64,000 nucleotides of DNA, taken from Bdellovibrionales bacterium (GTDB lineage: Bacteria > Bdellovibrionota > Bdellovibrionia > Bdellovibrionales > JAUICD01). The DNA is taken from NCBI GenBank assembly GCA_965197425.1, contig CBDANC010000012.1, positions 128,001 through 192,000 of the forward strand, in the 5' to 3' direction. Every line of letters starts with the position of its first letter. Within the stretch, counting starts at the first letter, position 1. The position numbers were made by a program, and so were the translations under genes. The notes under the pieces are model-generated. The model saw only the letters and a program-made list of their open reading frames with translations. It was not told the DNA's origin and made no database searches. This document shows, one piece after another, positions 20,245-29,892 of this stretch.

Positions 20245-20850
20245 TTACTCACAGGCTTGTCCTTCTCCTAACTCATAACGAACAAATCTTTTAATCACTA
20301 CATTTTCGCCCAGCTTTCCAACAGTTTCTGTCAAAACATCTTTGCAAGTTATGTTAGAATCTTTCACATAAGGTTGGCTTAATAAGCTTTGGCTAGCCTT
20401 CCACTTACTTATTTGACCTTCTATTATTTTATCCAAAATTTCAGGTTTTTTTCCTTCATCTATAGCTCTGGCTTTTAAAATTTTTCGCTCTTCTTCTATA
20501 AGTTCTGTGGGTAAGTCATCTTCCGATACAACCAAAGGATTCATAGCAGCTATTTGCATTGCTACATCTTTTACAAAATTTTGGAACACATCATTTTTTG
20601 CCACAAAGTCAGTCTCAGAGTTAATCTCTACCATCACACCAATTCTACCTTCGCCATGAACATAGGTTCCAATCATACCTTCGTTAGCAACTCTTGTGGC
20701 CTTTTTAACAGCAGAAGCTAGATTTTTTTTACGAAGCCAAGCTATGGCTTCCTTCTGATCACCTTTAAATTTGGCCAAAGCCTGCTTACAGTCCATTATG
20801 CCAGCACCAGTGAGCAGCCTTAAATTTTTCACACTTTCAGCTGTAATCAT
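20245..20850 (-). CDS. tsf: Elongation factor Ts (short form)
   Basis: LR..TGAGIMDCK.AL, EINSETDFVAKN, FVRYELGE. Confidence 0.97.
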   Translation of the reverse strand: MITAESVKNLRLLTGAGIMDCKQALAKFKGDQKEAIAWLRKKNLASAVKKATRVANEGMIGTYVHGEGRIGVMVEINSETDFVAKNDVFQNFVKDVAMQIAAMNPLVVSEDDLPTELIEEERKILKARAIDEGKKPEILDKIIEGQISKWKASQSLLSQPYVKDSNITCKDVLTETVGKLGENVVIKRFVRYELGEGQACE

Positions 20851-21776
20851 GAGTCTTTCTCTTTGTCTTTACCTTTCTCTTTCTCTTTGTCTTTGTCTGT
20901 ATCCTGATTATTTAAATCATCAGATTCTGTATCGCTAGGTTCTGTCTTCTCTTTATCCAGCTCTAACTTAATCTCAACATCATCAGCAGTTCCAGCTGCT
21001 ACCAATCTTCTAGACATTTTCATAACTGTAGGACCTGATTTTTCTACTTTCTTTTCTACCTTTTCTTCTGTTTCTACCATAGCCTTTTGCTTATCCCAGA
21101 TCTTACTACCTTCGTTATAGGCTTCAGCTATAAGATTTGAAAATAGCTTAATGGACCTAATAGCATCATCGTTACCAGGAATAGGATAAGGTACTTGCCC
21201 AGGGTCGGTGTTAGTATCAGCAATAGCAATAACAGGTATTCCCACTTTATTAGACTCGGCCACAGCTATATGTTCTTTTTTTAGATCAACTACAAATACC
21301 GCTCCAGGAGGCTCCTTCATGTCACGAATACCAGATAAGTACTCTTCCAAACGATCAAACTCCTTAGTAACAGAAGCCATTTCTTTTTTACTCAGGTGTT
21401 CAAATTCACCTTTTTCTTTCATTATCTCAAGCTTTCTAAGGCGATCTATGCTGGCCTTTATGGTTACAAAGTTAGTGATAGTACCACCAAGCCAACGCTT
21501 AATTACATAAAATTGACCACAGGATAATGCTGCTTCTTTTATAACCTTAACTGATTGCTTTTTAGTGCCTACAAAAATCATTCTCTTGCCTTGAGAAGCA
21601 ATGTCTTTTACAAAATCCAAAGCAACTTTTGTAGCTACAACAGTCTTCTGCAAATCTATAATATGAATACCATCTTTAGTGCTATGAACATAGGGCTTAA
21701 TCCTAGGATTCCACCTCTCAGTCTGATGTCCAAAATGAACACCAGCATCCATCATCTCCTTGATACTAACCCTCAT
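20847..21776 (-). CDS. rpsB: 30S ribosomal protein S2 with charged C-terminal extension
   Basis: AGVHFGHQT..WNP, RWLGGT.TNF, DTNTDP, PGNDDAIRS. Confidence 0.98.
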   Translation of the reverse strand: MRVSIKEMMDAGVHFGHQTERWNPRIKPYVHSTKDGIHIIDLQKTVVATKVALDFVKDIASQGKRMIFVGTKKQSVKVIKEAALSCGQFYVIKRWLGGTITNFVTIKASIDRLRKLEIMKEKGEFEHLSKKEMASVTKEFDRLEEYLSGIRDMKEPPGAVFVVDLKKEHIAVAESNKVGIPVIAIADTNTDPGQVPYPIPGNDDAIRSIKLFSNLIAEAYNEGSKIWDKQKAMVETEEKVEKKVEKSGPTVMKMSRRLVAAGTADDVEIKLELDKEKTEPSDTESDDLNNQDTDKDKEKEKGKDKEKDS

Positions 21777-21884
21777 ATTACTAAAGCCTCCTCAGATATG
21801 TTTTTGCTGTTAATTTCCAATCAAACTGTATAGCTTACTTTTTCCAATTTTCCAACCCCAACACTTAAAAGGCCAATGAAAAAA

Positions 21885-22336
21885 CTGGCAAACCAACCAT
21901 CAGGGAGGTTCTTTCCGCTGAAGGTGAGCCTAATGAGGCTAATAAGATGGACTGGTGTAATGCAGGACGAAGTCCAAATGAAACCAAAACATCTTTTAGC
22001 CGAGTGGTTGCTTCTTGGTCTGACTAAGGCTAACACCAACATTACCCTCGCCACCACCAAAAATTGGCTGAGCCTTTGAGATTGGGATTCTAAGTGACCG
22101 TGTCAAAACGCTGAGCAACCACTCGGCTAAAAAACCGACCGCAGGGAGGTTATTTCAATTGGAAAGTATAAAGATTTATCCCGTGAGCCAATTGAACCAA
22201 AGTGAACAAGTCCACTTGTTTTTAACCTCATTGGAAGACCTTTGTAACGGGATCAGCATCGTGTCCAGTGCTGGGCAACCACTCGGCAAAATAAGTAGGC
22301 ATAGCCTCCTTATTTTTGCCTCGTTCGGAAGACCTT
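21885..22336. repeat. Mosaic array of family-A repeats: unit (+) 21921-22025, AAGG..CCTT hairpin 22026-22076, units (-) 22077-22242 and 22243-22336
   Basis: 22270-22336 is the reverse complement of 55592-55658 at 66/67 identity; shared termini and stems. Confidence 0.9.
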
Positions 22337-22781
22337 AGAATGGGATATCTTCGGTATGTTCAGGAGCAAAATTAGGTTCGGAGTTTACCGCCCCTGCCTT
22401 GGTGTCTGAATCCGTTTTGTCTTGAGCTTGGCTACTAGCTTGAGATCGATCTTGCGAGTTTAGAAAAATTACATTGCTAGCAACGATATCAGTTGAGTAT
22501 TTTTTTACGCCTTGATTATCTTCCCATGATCTTGTTTGAAGTCTTCCTTCTACGTAGACCATTCGGCCTTTTGCCAGGTATTGAGCACAAATCTCAGCTA
22601 ATCTACCCCAAACAACTATTCTGTGCCATTCTGTTCTTTCTTGCATATCGCCGTTTTTATCTTTCCATTGATCACTTGTAGCTACATTAAACTTTGTGAT
22701 TGTTTGACCGCTAGAAGTTTGCATTTTATCCGGGTCTCTTCCCAAATGACCAATGATTGTGACTTTATTTACACCAAACAC
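22335..22781 (-). CDS. ssb: Single-stranded DNA-binding protein
   Basis: [32 protein letters not shown]-terminal DIPF. Confidence 0.97.
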   Translation of the reverse strand: MFGVNKVTIIGHLGRDPDKMQTSSGQTITKFNVATSDQWKDKNGDMQERTEWHRIVVWGRLAEICAQYLAKGRMVYVEGRLQTRSWEDNQGVKKYSTDIVASNVIFLNSQDRSQASSQAQDKTDSDTKAGAVNSEPNFAPEHTEDIPF

Positions 22782-23000
22782 CTTAAACCTCCTTTATTCT
22801 CCACCCCTCATCTAAGCAAAATTGAAGTAAGATAATTAAAGTCGATGGGAGTTATTTATCTGCTACACTTACCTACAGCAAGGCCATAATTGTTATATGC
22901 AAAAACTTAAGTCAAGTATGAATTTGACTTACAAATAACTTACAATTTGCTGTATCTAGTTGTATACAGGCGACATTTGGTCTAAATGTTGTGGTTAGTT

Positions 23001-24518
23001 TTGGATTTTTTTCTTACCACACCAATTTATTATGTAAATGACAAGCCTCACATAGGGCATGCGTACACTACTATTTTATGCGATGTCCTAGCCAGGTATC
23101 ACAGGTTATTTGATGAAAAAGTATTTTTTCTTACGGGCACAGATGAGCATGGTGCCAAAGTAGCTAAATCAGCAAAAAGTAGAAATCTTTCAGAAACAGA
23201 GCATGTGGATAGCATGGTAGTTAATTTTCAAAAAACATGGAAGGAGCTTGAGATAAAGGAAGATTTTTTTATTAGAACTACCATGGATTTTCATAAAAAA
23301 GCAGTGCAGGCGGCTTTAATGGAGCTTTGGGATAAGGGAGAGATTTATGAAAAGGATTATGAAGGTTGGTATTCTGAGAGTGAAGAGGTCTTCTACCCCA
23401 AAAAGGATTTGGTAGATGGCAAAACTCCTATGGGAAATTCTGTGGAGTTAATAAAGGAAAAAAATTATTTTTTTAAAATGTCCAAATATCAAGATAGGCT
23501 TTTGGGCTACATAGAAAAAAATCCTAAATTCATAATGCCAAACAAAAGAAAAAATGAAATTTTAGGTTTTTTAAAAAAGCCATTAGGGGACTTGAGTATT
23601 AGTCGCCCTAAATCTAGACTGAGTTGGGGAATTGACATACCATTTGACACATCTCATGTAACATATGTTTGGTTTGATGCACTTTTAAATTATGCCACTG
23701 CTGTTGGGTACAAACAAAATAAAGCTAATAATGAGTTTGAAAAAATTTGGCCGCAGGTCTTTCATGTCATAGGCAAGGATATTTTGATGACTCATGCAAT
23801 ATACTGGCCTTGTATGTTAATGGCCTTAGATCTTCCGCTACCTAAAATGATTTTTGCTCATGGCTGGTGGCTTACAGACAGAAAAGAAAAAATGAGCAAG
23901 TCTCGTGGAAAGGTTATAAGTCCATTGGATTTAAAAAATGTAATAGGTGTAGATGGACTTAGATATTTTTTGATGCGTGATATGAGTCTTGGCCAAGATG
24001 CACAGTTTTCGAAAGAGCTTGCAGTAAACAGAGTAAATACAGAACTTTCTAATAACTTAGGAAACCTCTTGAGTAGAACAACAAAACTTATAGAGCAATA
24101 CTTTGATGGAAAACCACCTAAAGGATCTAAGAATGCTAGCCTAGAGCTTGAAGCAAAAGAAGTGGCAAAAAAAGTAAAGGATTCTATTTCTAACCTAAAA
24201 CCAAATGATGCCCTGGAAAACATAGTATCTTTTTTAAACAAGACCAATAAATTTATGGAAGAAGTAAAGCCGTGGAAAATATTAAAAGAGGGTAATATCA
24301 AACTTGGTGCTGAATGTTTATACAACTCACTTGAAGTATTGCGTGTGGCTGCTATTTTGCTATCGCCTGTTATGCCATCTAAAACTAAGGAACTACTAGC
24401 TAGAATTGGAGATTATGGAGAGCCAAAATTTGAAGATGCTTGTCGGTGGGGACTTTTGGAAGATAATCCGGTTAAAGTAGGAAGTCCTCTATTTCCTAGA
24501 ATAAAGGAAGATATATAG
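23001..24518 (+). CDS. metG: Methionyl-tRNA synthetase (short form, no C-terminal tRNA-binding domain)
   Basis: TTPIYYVN..PHIGHAY, GTDEHG, YVWFDAL, KMSKS; start at TTG 23001 or ATG 22986. Confidence 0.96.
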   Translation: MDFFLTTPIYYVNDKPHIGHAYTTILCDVLARYHRLFDEKVFFLTGTDEHGAKVAKSAKSRNLSETEHVDSMVVNFQKTWKELEIKEDFFIRTTMDFHKKAVQAALMELWDKGEIYEKDYEGWYSESEEVFYPKKDLVDGKTPMGNSVELIKEKNYFFKMSKYQDRLLGYIEKNPKFIMPNKRKNEILGFLKKPLGDLSISRPKSRLSWGIDIPFDTSHVTYVWFDALLNYATAVGYKQNKANNEFEKIWPQVFHVIGKDILMTHAIYWPCMLMALDLPLPKMIFAHGWWLTDRKEKMSKSRGKVISPLDLKNVIGVDGLRYFLMRDMSLGQDAQFSKELAVNRVNTELSNNLGNLLSRTTKLIEQYFDGKPPKGSKNASLELEAKEVAKKVKDSISNLKPNDALENIVSFLNKTNKFMEEVKPWKILKEGNIKLGAECLYNSLEVLRVAAILLSPVMPSKTKELLARIGDYGEPKFEDACRWGLLEDNPVKVGSPLFPRIKEDI

Positions 24519-24592
24519 AAACCTACAACTATTTGTTTGTTGAATGACTAGGTTATTTTTGGAATAATCTTTTAGGGAGTGTGGAGCAGTAA

Positions 24593-26470
24593 ATGATTTC
24601 AAATAGATTAGGGTTTACACTTATAGAGTGTCTTATTGCTATGGTTATGATGGTGGTAGTAAGCTTTTCGATTTCCTACATGAACTACACCTCTAAGATG
24701 GACAAAAAAGCTACTGGAATATCCCTTAACTGTAATCAAATACTCCAAAATACAATGAACCAAATTTCTTCTATTGGAAGGAAGTTGGATTACATAGAAG
24801 TGTATCAATCAGGTGAACTAAAACCTACAGCAGGTAGTGATAAAGAGCTGTATAACTCAGCCTTTATAAAAGAGGATATTGTAAATATCTTAAGGAGGGA
24901 TCAGGACGCCCCTACGATTGTACACCCCCTATTTACAAGTGGTGATTTTGTATGCGGAAATGATCATGCTAGCTTATTTACCGACCTGGATCAGCATGTA
25001 CTAGAAGACCTATGCATTAAGATAGAACAAGAAGTGTGGAACATTGATACAGATGAAAAACATAATACGTGCGGCATTAATACAGCCAATCCGTGTCAAG
25101 ACACTTGTTGTCCTAGACCCAAAGCACTTTGTGAAGTACAGAGTGATAGCACATGTACAACAACATTGGATCCAAAGGACTCAAGCACCCAAACAAATGT
25201 GAGCAGCGAAATACATGTAAACGGCAGATCAGATATAGGTTATAAGGTTAAGCTTTCGCTTGTAGTTCTTTGCGACAATCCGGCAGACCCCACTAAATGC
25301 AACAAAGATCCTGAAAAAGACGAAGATATTGAAATGCAATGTGATATGGATAGGGTTTTCTCCTATGCACCAGATACCATACCAATAAAATTCAAAGAAA
25401 AAATAGAACCCATAGAAGATGAAGGAGATCCAATTAGTGATGACGATTACAAGGCTGATAACAATGTAGAAATACTTACAGTTCCTCCTACAATTGATCC
25501 AGCTTTAAAAAAATATATCTATGGCAAGTCGTATCTTTTTAGAGAAAATATACATGATGATGCCGCCCAATGCGGAGTTTTAGAAGAAATAACACCTGGA
25601 ACTAAAAGACTTTTTAAAGCAACCTTTGAGCTTCTTGAAACTACCGAAGAGTTACTATCTTCAGTTTTTTACTGTAAAATTGATCACAAAGTTTTCCAGT
25701 CCGACTCAGGCAATCCGCCTAAAGCAAACCCTACTACACCCGGTTGGGATCTGAAAGAAGGAGAATGGAAACCATGTGATAATAGTGCAAATAATGTTGG
25801 AGCAATAACAGAGATTAAAGTTTTTGTAGACACAGCTGACAAAGATGACTTTAGGGTTGAATTTTCTTATAAGCCTGAAATTGATGCTGATCATAGAATA
25901 CATCTGGTAGCAGTTGATCCTGCCGGAAATGCATCAGAAATAAAACGAATTAGTTTTGCCAGCAAAAACTGTAAAAAATACTTAAACAACCTCAACGATC
26001 CTTTAGAAAAAATGCATTGTAAAGACAACCCCTATCAATGGTGTGAGAAGATCGATAGGAATCCGTGGGAAGATCTTCAAGATACACCAGACCCATTGAA
26101 TAATTCAGTCAATATTTATGATCATAGAAAAAATGGAGCTAGTTGCAGGTATTATAAAATAGTAGAGAAGGATTATACAACCCCCACAGACACATTGGAT
26201 CCCAATCTATGGAACACGTATGGTTGCAGTATAAGCTCTTGTTGCATCATAGGAAACAGCGGTTGTAGTTGCCCCATCACAACAGAGGATCAATGCAACA
26301 TATACACCTATAGTAGTGTAGCATGCACAGATATGCTTCCTAGGGATGGTTACGTTCGTAAGAGGGGTTGTGAACAACCTAATAGTGGTCAATGCCAGTC
26401 AAAAACTTGCCAAACCAATCCCCCCCATCGGAAGCCAGGTGCACCACCACCACCTACCTGCCCTCTATAA
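24593..26470 (+). CDS. Large Cys-rich protein with prepilin-type N-terminal cleavage/methylation motif
   Basis: RLG|FTLIECLIAMVMMVVVS; about 30 Cys; Ig-like AVDPAGNAS segment. Confidence 0.75.
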   Translation: MISNRLGFTLIECLIAMVMMVVVSFSISYMNYTSKMDKKATGISLNCNQILQNTMNQISSIGRKLDYIEVYQSGELKPTAGSDKELYNSAFIKEDIVNILRRDQDAPTIVHPLFTSGDFVCGNDHASLFTDLDQHVLEDLCIKIEQEVWNIDTDEKHNTCGINTANPCQDTCCPRPKALCEVQSDSTCTTTLDPKDSSTQTNVSSEIHVNGRSDIGYKVKLSLVVLCDNPADPTKCNKDPEKDEDIEMQCDMDRVFSYAPDTIPIKFKEKIEPIEDEGDPISDDDYKADNNVEILTVPPTIDPALKKYIYGKSYLFRENIHDDAAQCGVLEEITPGTKRLFKATFELLETTEELLSSVFYCKIDHKVFQSDSGNPPKANPTTPGWDLKEGEWKPCDNSANNVGAITEIKVFVDTADKDDFRVEFSYKPEIDADHRIHLVAVDPAGNASEIKRISFASKNCKKYLNNLNDPLEKMHCKDNPYQWCEKIDRNPWEDLQDTPDPLNNSVNIYDHRKNGASCRYYKIVEKDYTTPTDTLDPNLWNTYGCSISSCCIIGNSGCSCPITTEDQCNIYTYSSVACTDMLPRDGYVRKRGCEQPNSGQCQSKTCQTNPPHRKPGAPPPPTCPL

Positions 26471-26505
26471 TAGCTTTTAGTGTGGAGCTACAAATGAATG
26501 AAAAA

Positions 26506-26580
26506 TGGATGGGGCAGCAGGATTCGAACCTGCGCATCATGGGATCAAAACCCATTGCCTTACCGCTTGGCCATGCCCCA
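26506..26580 (-). tRNA. tRNA-Gln (anticodon UUG)
   Basis: Reverse complement tggggcatggccaagcggtaaggcaatgggttTTGatcccatgatgcgcaggttcgaatcctgctgccccatCCA: cloverleaf, GTTCGAAT T-loop, encoded CCA. Confidence 0.96.
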
Positions 26581-26654
26581 ATAAAAATAAACTTTCACCT
26601 AAAAAACCAAATTTGTCCATACTTAAAACATGGCCCCAAACACCAGATTTTTTG

Positions 26655-27140
26655 CTAAAAACTTAATACTATTTTTCTAAAATTGGGGTCTTCTACATAA
26701 TCAATACTAACTTCTACCACAGGCATTTTTAAATCAACTTCCTTTAAAAGCCCTGGCCACTCCACTACTATTAACCTACAAATATTTTTATCACCCAACA
26801 AATTTACTACATCCCAAAATCCAGTAGAATCTAAGTCCACCAAACTCTTTAATCTATAAAAATCAAAGTGATCTATGACATAATTTTCAAAAACATAACT
26901 GTTGTGAATAGAAAATGTAGGAGAACTTACCAAACTAAATTTTCCACCACTTAACCTATTAACCAAAAATTTTACAAACTGAGTTTTTCCAGAGCCTAAA
27001 TTACCACTTAATAAAATAACACTACCAAAAGTTAAATTATCACAAAATTTATAAACAACATTCTCTAAACCCTTCAAATCAACTTGCTTTTCCACCACCT
27101 TGCAGGTGGAAGCATTTGATGGCGATTCAACATACATCAT
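26655..27140 (-). CDS. tsaE: t6A biosynthesis ATPase TsaE
   Basis: LSGNLGSGKTQFVK, SSPTFSI..Y, HFDFYRL, VVEW; start uncertain, GGAG-N8-ATG at 27140 lies inside a repeat. Confidence 0.92.
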   Translation of the reverse strand: MMYVESPSNASTCKVVEKQVDLKGLENVVYKFCDNLTFGSVILLSGNLGSGKTQFVKFLVNRLSGGKFSLVSSPTFSIHNSYVFENYVIDHFDFYRLKSLVDLDSTGFWDVVNLLGDKNICRLIVVEWPGLLKEVDLKMPVVEVSIDYVEDPNFRKIVLSF

Positions 27141-27273
27141 ATTTTGTACTCCACCGGCCAAATGCCACACCCGTAGGGTGCCACCTTGCAGGTGGAGGCA
27201 TTTTTAATATTATCTAAAACACACATCATATCTTGTACTCCACCAATTAAACACCTGTGCCGTAGGCACTTGT
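27095..27273. repeat. Two tandem family-B repeats (about 86-93 bp) bounded by GNA-triloop hairpins
   Basis: ccaccttgcaggtgg...catcat....gtactccacc...cacccGTAgggtg or gtgccGTAggcac; near-identical copies at 29088 and 31315. Confidence 0.9.
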
Positions 27274-27279
27274 AAGGCA

Positions 27280-28746
27280 CTAATTTTCTATACTTTTTAA
27301 TATCTTGGGAAGAAGTTTTAAAACATCACTGGCCATCATAGAATTTTTTGAAAATCCCTGTTTTACCCATTCATCTGCAGTTTTGCCATGAACATAAGCT
27401 GCCAAGCCAGCAGCATCCAAAACATCCAAACCTTGTGAAATAAAACCAACAATCATACCAGATAAAACATCACCAGTACCAGCTGTGGCCAACGCAGAAT
27501 TACCAGAGTTAATAATATCTACCCTTTTAGTATTACCAATCAAAGTTCTAAAACCCTTTAATAAAACATTACATCCATACACCTCTGAACATTTTTTAAG
27601 AGCAAGAATCCTATTATTCTCCACTCCCGAAGCACTGCACCCAAGTAAACGAGCCATCTCACCACTGTGAGGAGTCAAAAGCCAACTAGGAGGAAGCTCT
27701 CTAATACCATACCTTGCTAAAACACTTAATCCATCTGCATCTAAAACCACATTTTTTATTCCCTTACTTTTTAAAAAATCAATTAACTCCTTAACCCTTT
27801 CATCTATACCCAAACCAGGGCCTATTGCATATGCCTTGTAATCAACACAAATCTCAGTAACACTTTCAATTTTTGAAGCAATAATATCAGGCGTTTCGGC
27901 CAAAAAACCTTTGGGATCATCAAAGCTATTTAAAAATACATAACCAGAACCAACTCTAAATGCACCACGACTAGCTAAAACCCCAGCACCCCACATACCA
28001 TCTTTACCAGCCACTATACAGGTCTTTCCATTCGAACTCTTGTTGCTATCAAAAGCCCTTTGAGGAAACAAACTGCAAGCAGTTTTTTTATTAAACAAAA
28101 AAGTACTATCAGCAACCTTGTCTACATCAGTATACCCAATATCAACACAAAAAATTTCTCCAGCAAGCCCAGGGCCCTCGCATATATAAAGCCCAGGCTT
28201 AGCTAAACCAAAAGTCAATGTCCACTGAGCTTGTACCGCTTCATTCAAAATTCTACCAGTATCACAATCTAAACCAGAAGGTATATCCACACTAAGCACC
28301 GGAGCAAGAGACTGGTTCATACAAGATATAGCACTAGCATACAAACCATCCACATCTTTACTTAATCCCACACCAAAAATACCATCTAATATAAGACTTG
28401 CCTTATCAAACTTATCTTTAATAGCCTCCGATCTATTAAACTGAACAACATCAATACCCACATCATCCAAATGCTTATTCTTATCTCCCAACAAAATAAC
28501 ACTGACATCTTCAAACCCAGCATCAATCAATAATTTTGCTGCATATAAAGCATCCCCGCCATTATTCCCAGGACCTACCACAACCAAAATAGACTTAATC
28601 TCCAAATAAGAAGAAATTTGATTTTTTATAAATGAAAATAACTCACCCGCAGCCTTCGCCATAAGTTTTTTAGAATCCCCAAGCTCATCAAGCCTCTTGC
28701 ACTCCTCTCTTAAAGCAAGTCTAAACCTAAAATTTTCCCTCATCAT
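27280..28746 (-). CDS. nnr: Bifunctional NAD(P)H-hydrate epimerase/dehydratase (YjeF)
   Basis: GPGNNGGD, DGIFGVG, DIPSG, GPGLG, LDADG, TPHSGEMARL, LATAGTGDVL. Confidence 0.95.
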   Translation of the reverse strand: MMRENFRFRLALREECKRLDELGDSKKLMAKAAGELFSFIKNQISSYLEIKSILVVVGPGNNGGDALYAAKLLIDAGFEDVSVILLGDKNKHLDDVGIDVVQFNRSEAIKDKFDKASLILDGIFGVGLSKDVDGLYASAISCMNQSLAPVLSVDIPSGLDCDTGRILNEAVQAQWTLTFGLAKPGLYICEGPGLAGEIFCVDIGYTDVDKVADSTFLFNKKTACSLFPQRAFDSNKSSNGKTCIVAGKDGMWGAGVLASRGAFRVGSGYVFLNSFDDPKGFLAETPDIIASKIESVTEICVDYKAYAIGPGLGIDERVKELIDFLKSKGIKNVVLDADGLSVLARYGIRELPPSWLLTPHSGEMARLLGCSASGVENNRILALKKCSEVYGCNVLLKGFRTLIGNTKRVDIINSGNSALATAGTGDVLSGMIVGFISQGLDVLDAAGLAAYVHGKTADEWVKQGFSKNSMMASDVLKLLPKILKSIEN

Positions 28747-28836
28747 ACCTCATACTCCACCGACTAAATACCAACCCTACCATAAATTACACCGTATTAT
28801 AAATGTAAGGATTTAGGTGAGTGGCAATAGCTTTTA

Positions 28837-28960
28837 TATAATGGGATCGGCATCAGTGTCCAGAGCTGGGCAACCATCAAGCTAAAAAGTGCCCTGGCTT
28901 CACTTGTACTTTGTACAATCGTTACGTCAGTCCATTTTTTAACTTGATTCGGAAGACCTT
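28837..28960 (-). repeat. Family-A repeat unit
   Basis: Reverse complement aaggtcttccgaatcaagttaaaa...ttttagcttgatggttgcccagctctggacactgatgccgatccc; matches 55687-55809. Confidence 0.9.
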
Positions 28961-29033
28961 GAAAGGTTCAAGCAAAGCGTCCCAGAGTTAATGCTGTTGC
29001 CATGAACCTTATACCATAATGACAAAAAACGGT

Positions 29034-29179
29034 GAAGCCGAAAGGCTTCGAAAGCCCCCCGCAGGGGAATACTACGCCCGTAGGGCGCCACCTTGCAGGT
29101 GGAGGCATTTTTAATATTATCTAAAACACACATCATATTTTGTACTCCTTCAATTAAAAAATACTACGCCCGTAGGGCG
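29034..29179. repeat. Hairpin cluster plus family-B repeat flanked by 20-bp direct repeats
   Basis: gaagccGAAAggcttc, ccccGCAgggg; aatactacgcccgtagggcg at 29068-29087 and 29160-29179; 29088 onward near-identical to 27181 onward. Confidence 0.88.
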
Positions 29180-29892
29180 GTTTTCATTTTTTTTACAGAT
29201 GCTTTCAAGCCGCCATTTAAAGCATCACAGATCAAAAAGTGTCCTATGTTAACTTCCCTCAAATGAGGTAGCTTTGCTATTACCTTAGCATGCTCAAAGT
29301 CCAATCCATGTCCAGCATGAACCAATAAACCAAGTGAATGTGCCTTTAAAGCACTACCTTTAAGTCTCTGCAGCTCAGCCTTTTTGTTCTTAACCAAACA
29401 AAATCTTCCAGTATGAAGTTCAACTGCATCAGCACCAACATTCTTCGAAGCAACAACTTGTTTTATCACCGGGTTTACAAATAAACTTACCTTAATACCA
29501 GCTTTTTTCAAAGCTGTAACAACTCTTTTGATTTTAACTTTGTTTTGAAAAACATCTAAACCACCCTCCGTAGTAAGCTCTTTTCTCTTCTCTGGTACCA
29601 AACATACCCAGTCAGGACAAAGCTTCAGTGCAATCTTAAGCATGCCACTAGTACAAGCCATCTCTAAATTAAGCGAAACTCTAGATTTACTTTTGATAAG
29701 GTGCTTTTTGATCTGAAAAAGATCTTCGTCCTGAATATGCCTTCTGTCCTCTCGTAAATGAACAGTGATTTGATCAGCACCACCCAAGGTAGCACTCTTA
29801 ACCTGCTCCACTATATCAGGATACCAAGTAGTGCCACCTCTAACCTGCCTCAAAGTGGCTGCATGATCCAAATTGACCCCAAGTAGGATCAC
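29164..29892 (-). CDS. pdxJ: Pyridoxine 5'-phosphate synthase
   Basis: LGVNLDH.ATLRQ.R, HLREDRRHIQ, NLEM, TTEGGL, ELHTG, AGHGL, NIGH. Confidence 0.97.
   Translation of the reverse strand: MILLGVNLDHAATLRQVRGGTTWYPDIVEQVKSATLGGADQITVHLREDRRHIQDEDLFQIKKHLIKSKSRVSLNLEMACTSGMLKIALKLCPDWVCLVPEKRKELTTEGGLDVFQNKVKIKRVVTALKKAGIKVSLFVNPVIKQVVASKNVGADAVELHTGRFCLVKNKKAELQRLKGSALKAHSLGLLVHAGHGLDFEHAKVIAKLPHLREVNIGHFLICDALNGGLKASVKKMKTALRA

Noticed and set aside
21821..22079. Short ORFs 21821-22060(-) and 21876-22079(+), and 28939-29136(-)
   Set aside because: They lie in repeat arrays whose reading frames are not conserved between copies
22243..22336. HDV-like ribozyme, suggested by GCTGGGCAAC followed by a long hairpin and CGGAA in family A (reverse orientation)
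   Set aside because: I could not find the required P1, P2 and P3/L3 partners upstream; only a 10-nt match to the HDV P1/P1.1/P4 junction
22950..22969. SOS box upstream of ssb (CTGTAT...ATACAG)
   Set aside because: Spacing is CTGT-N12-ACAG rather than N8; the inverted repeat is real but cannot be assigned
26470..26580. Genomic island integrated at tRNA-Gln
   Set aside because: No integrase and no duplicated tRNA 3' end seen in the window
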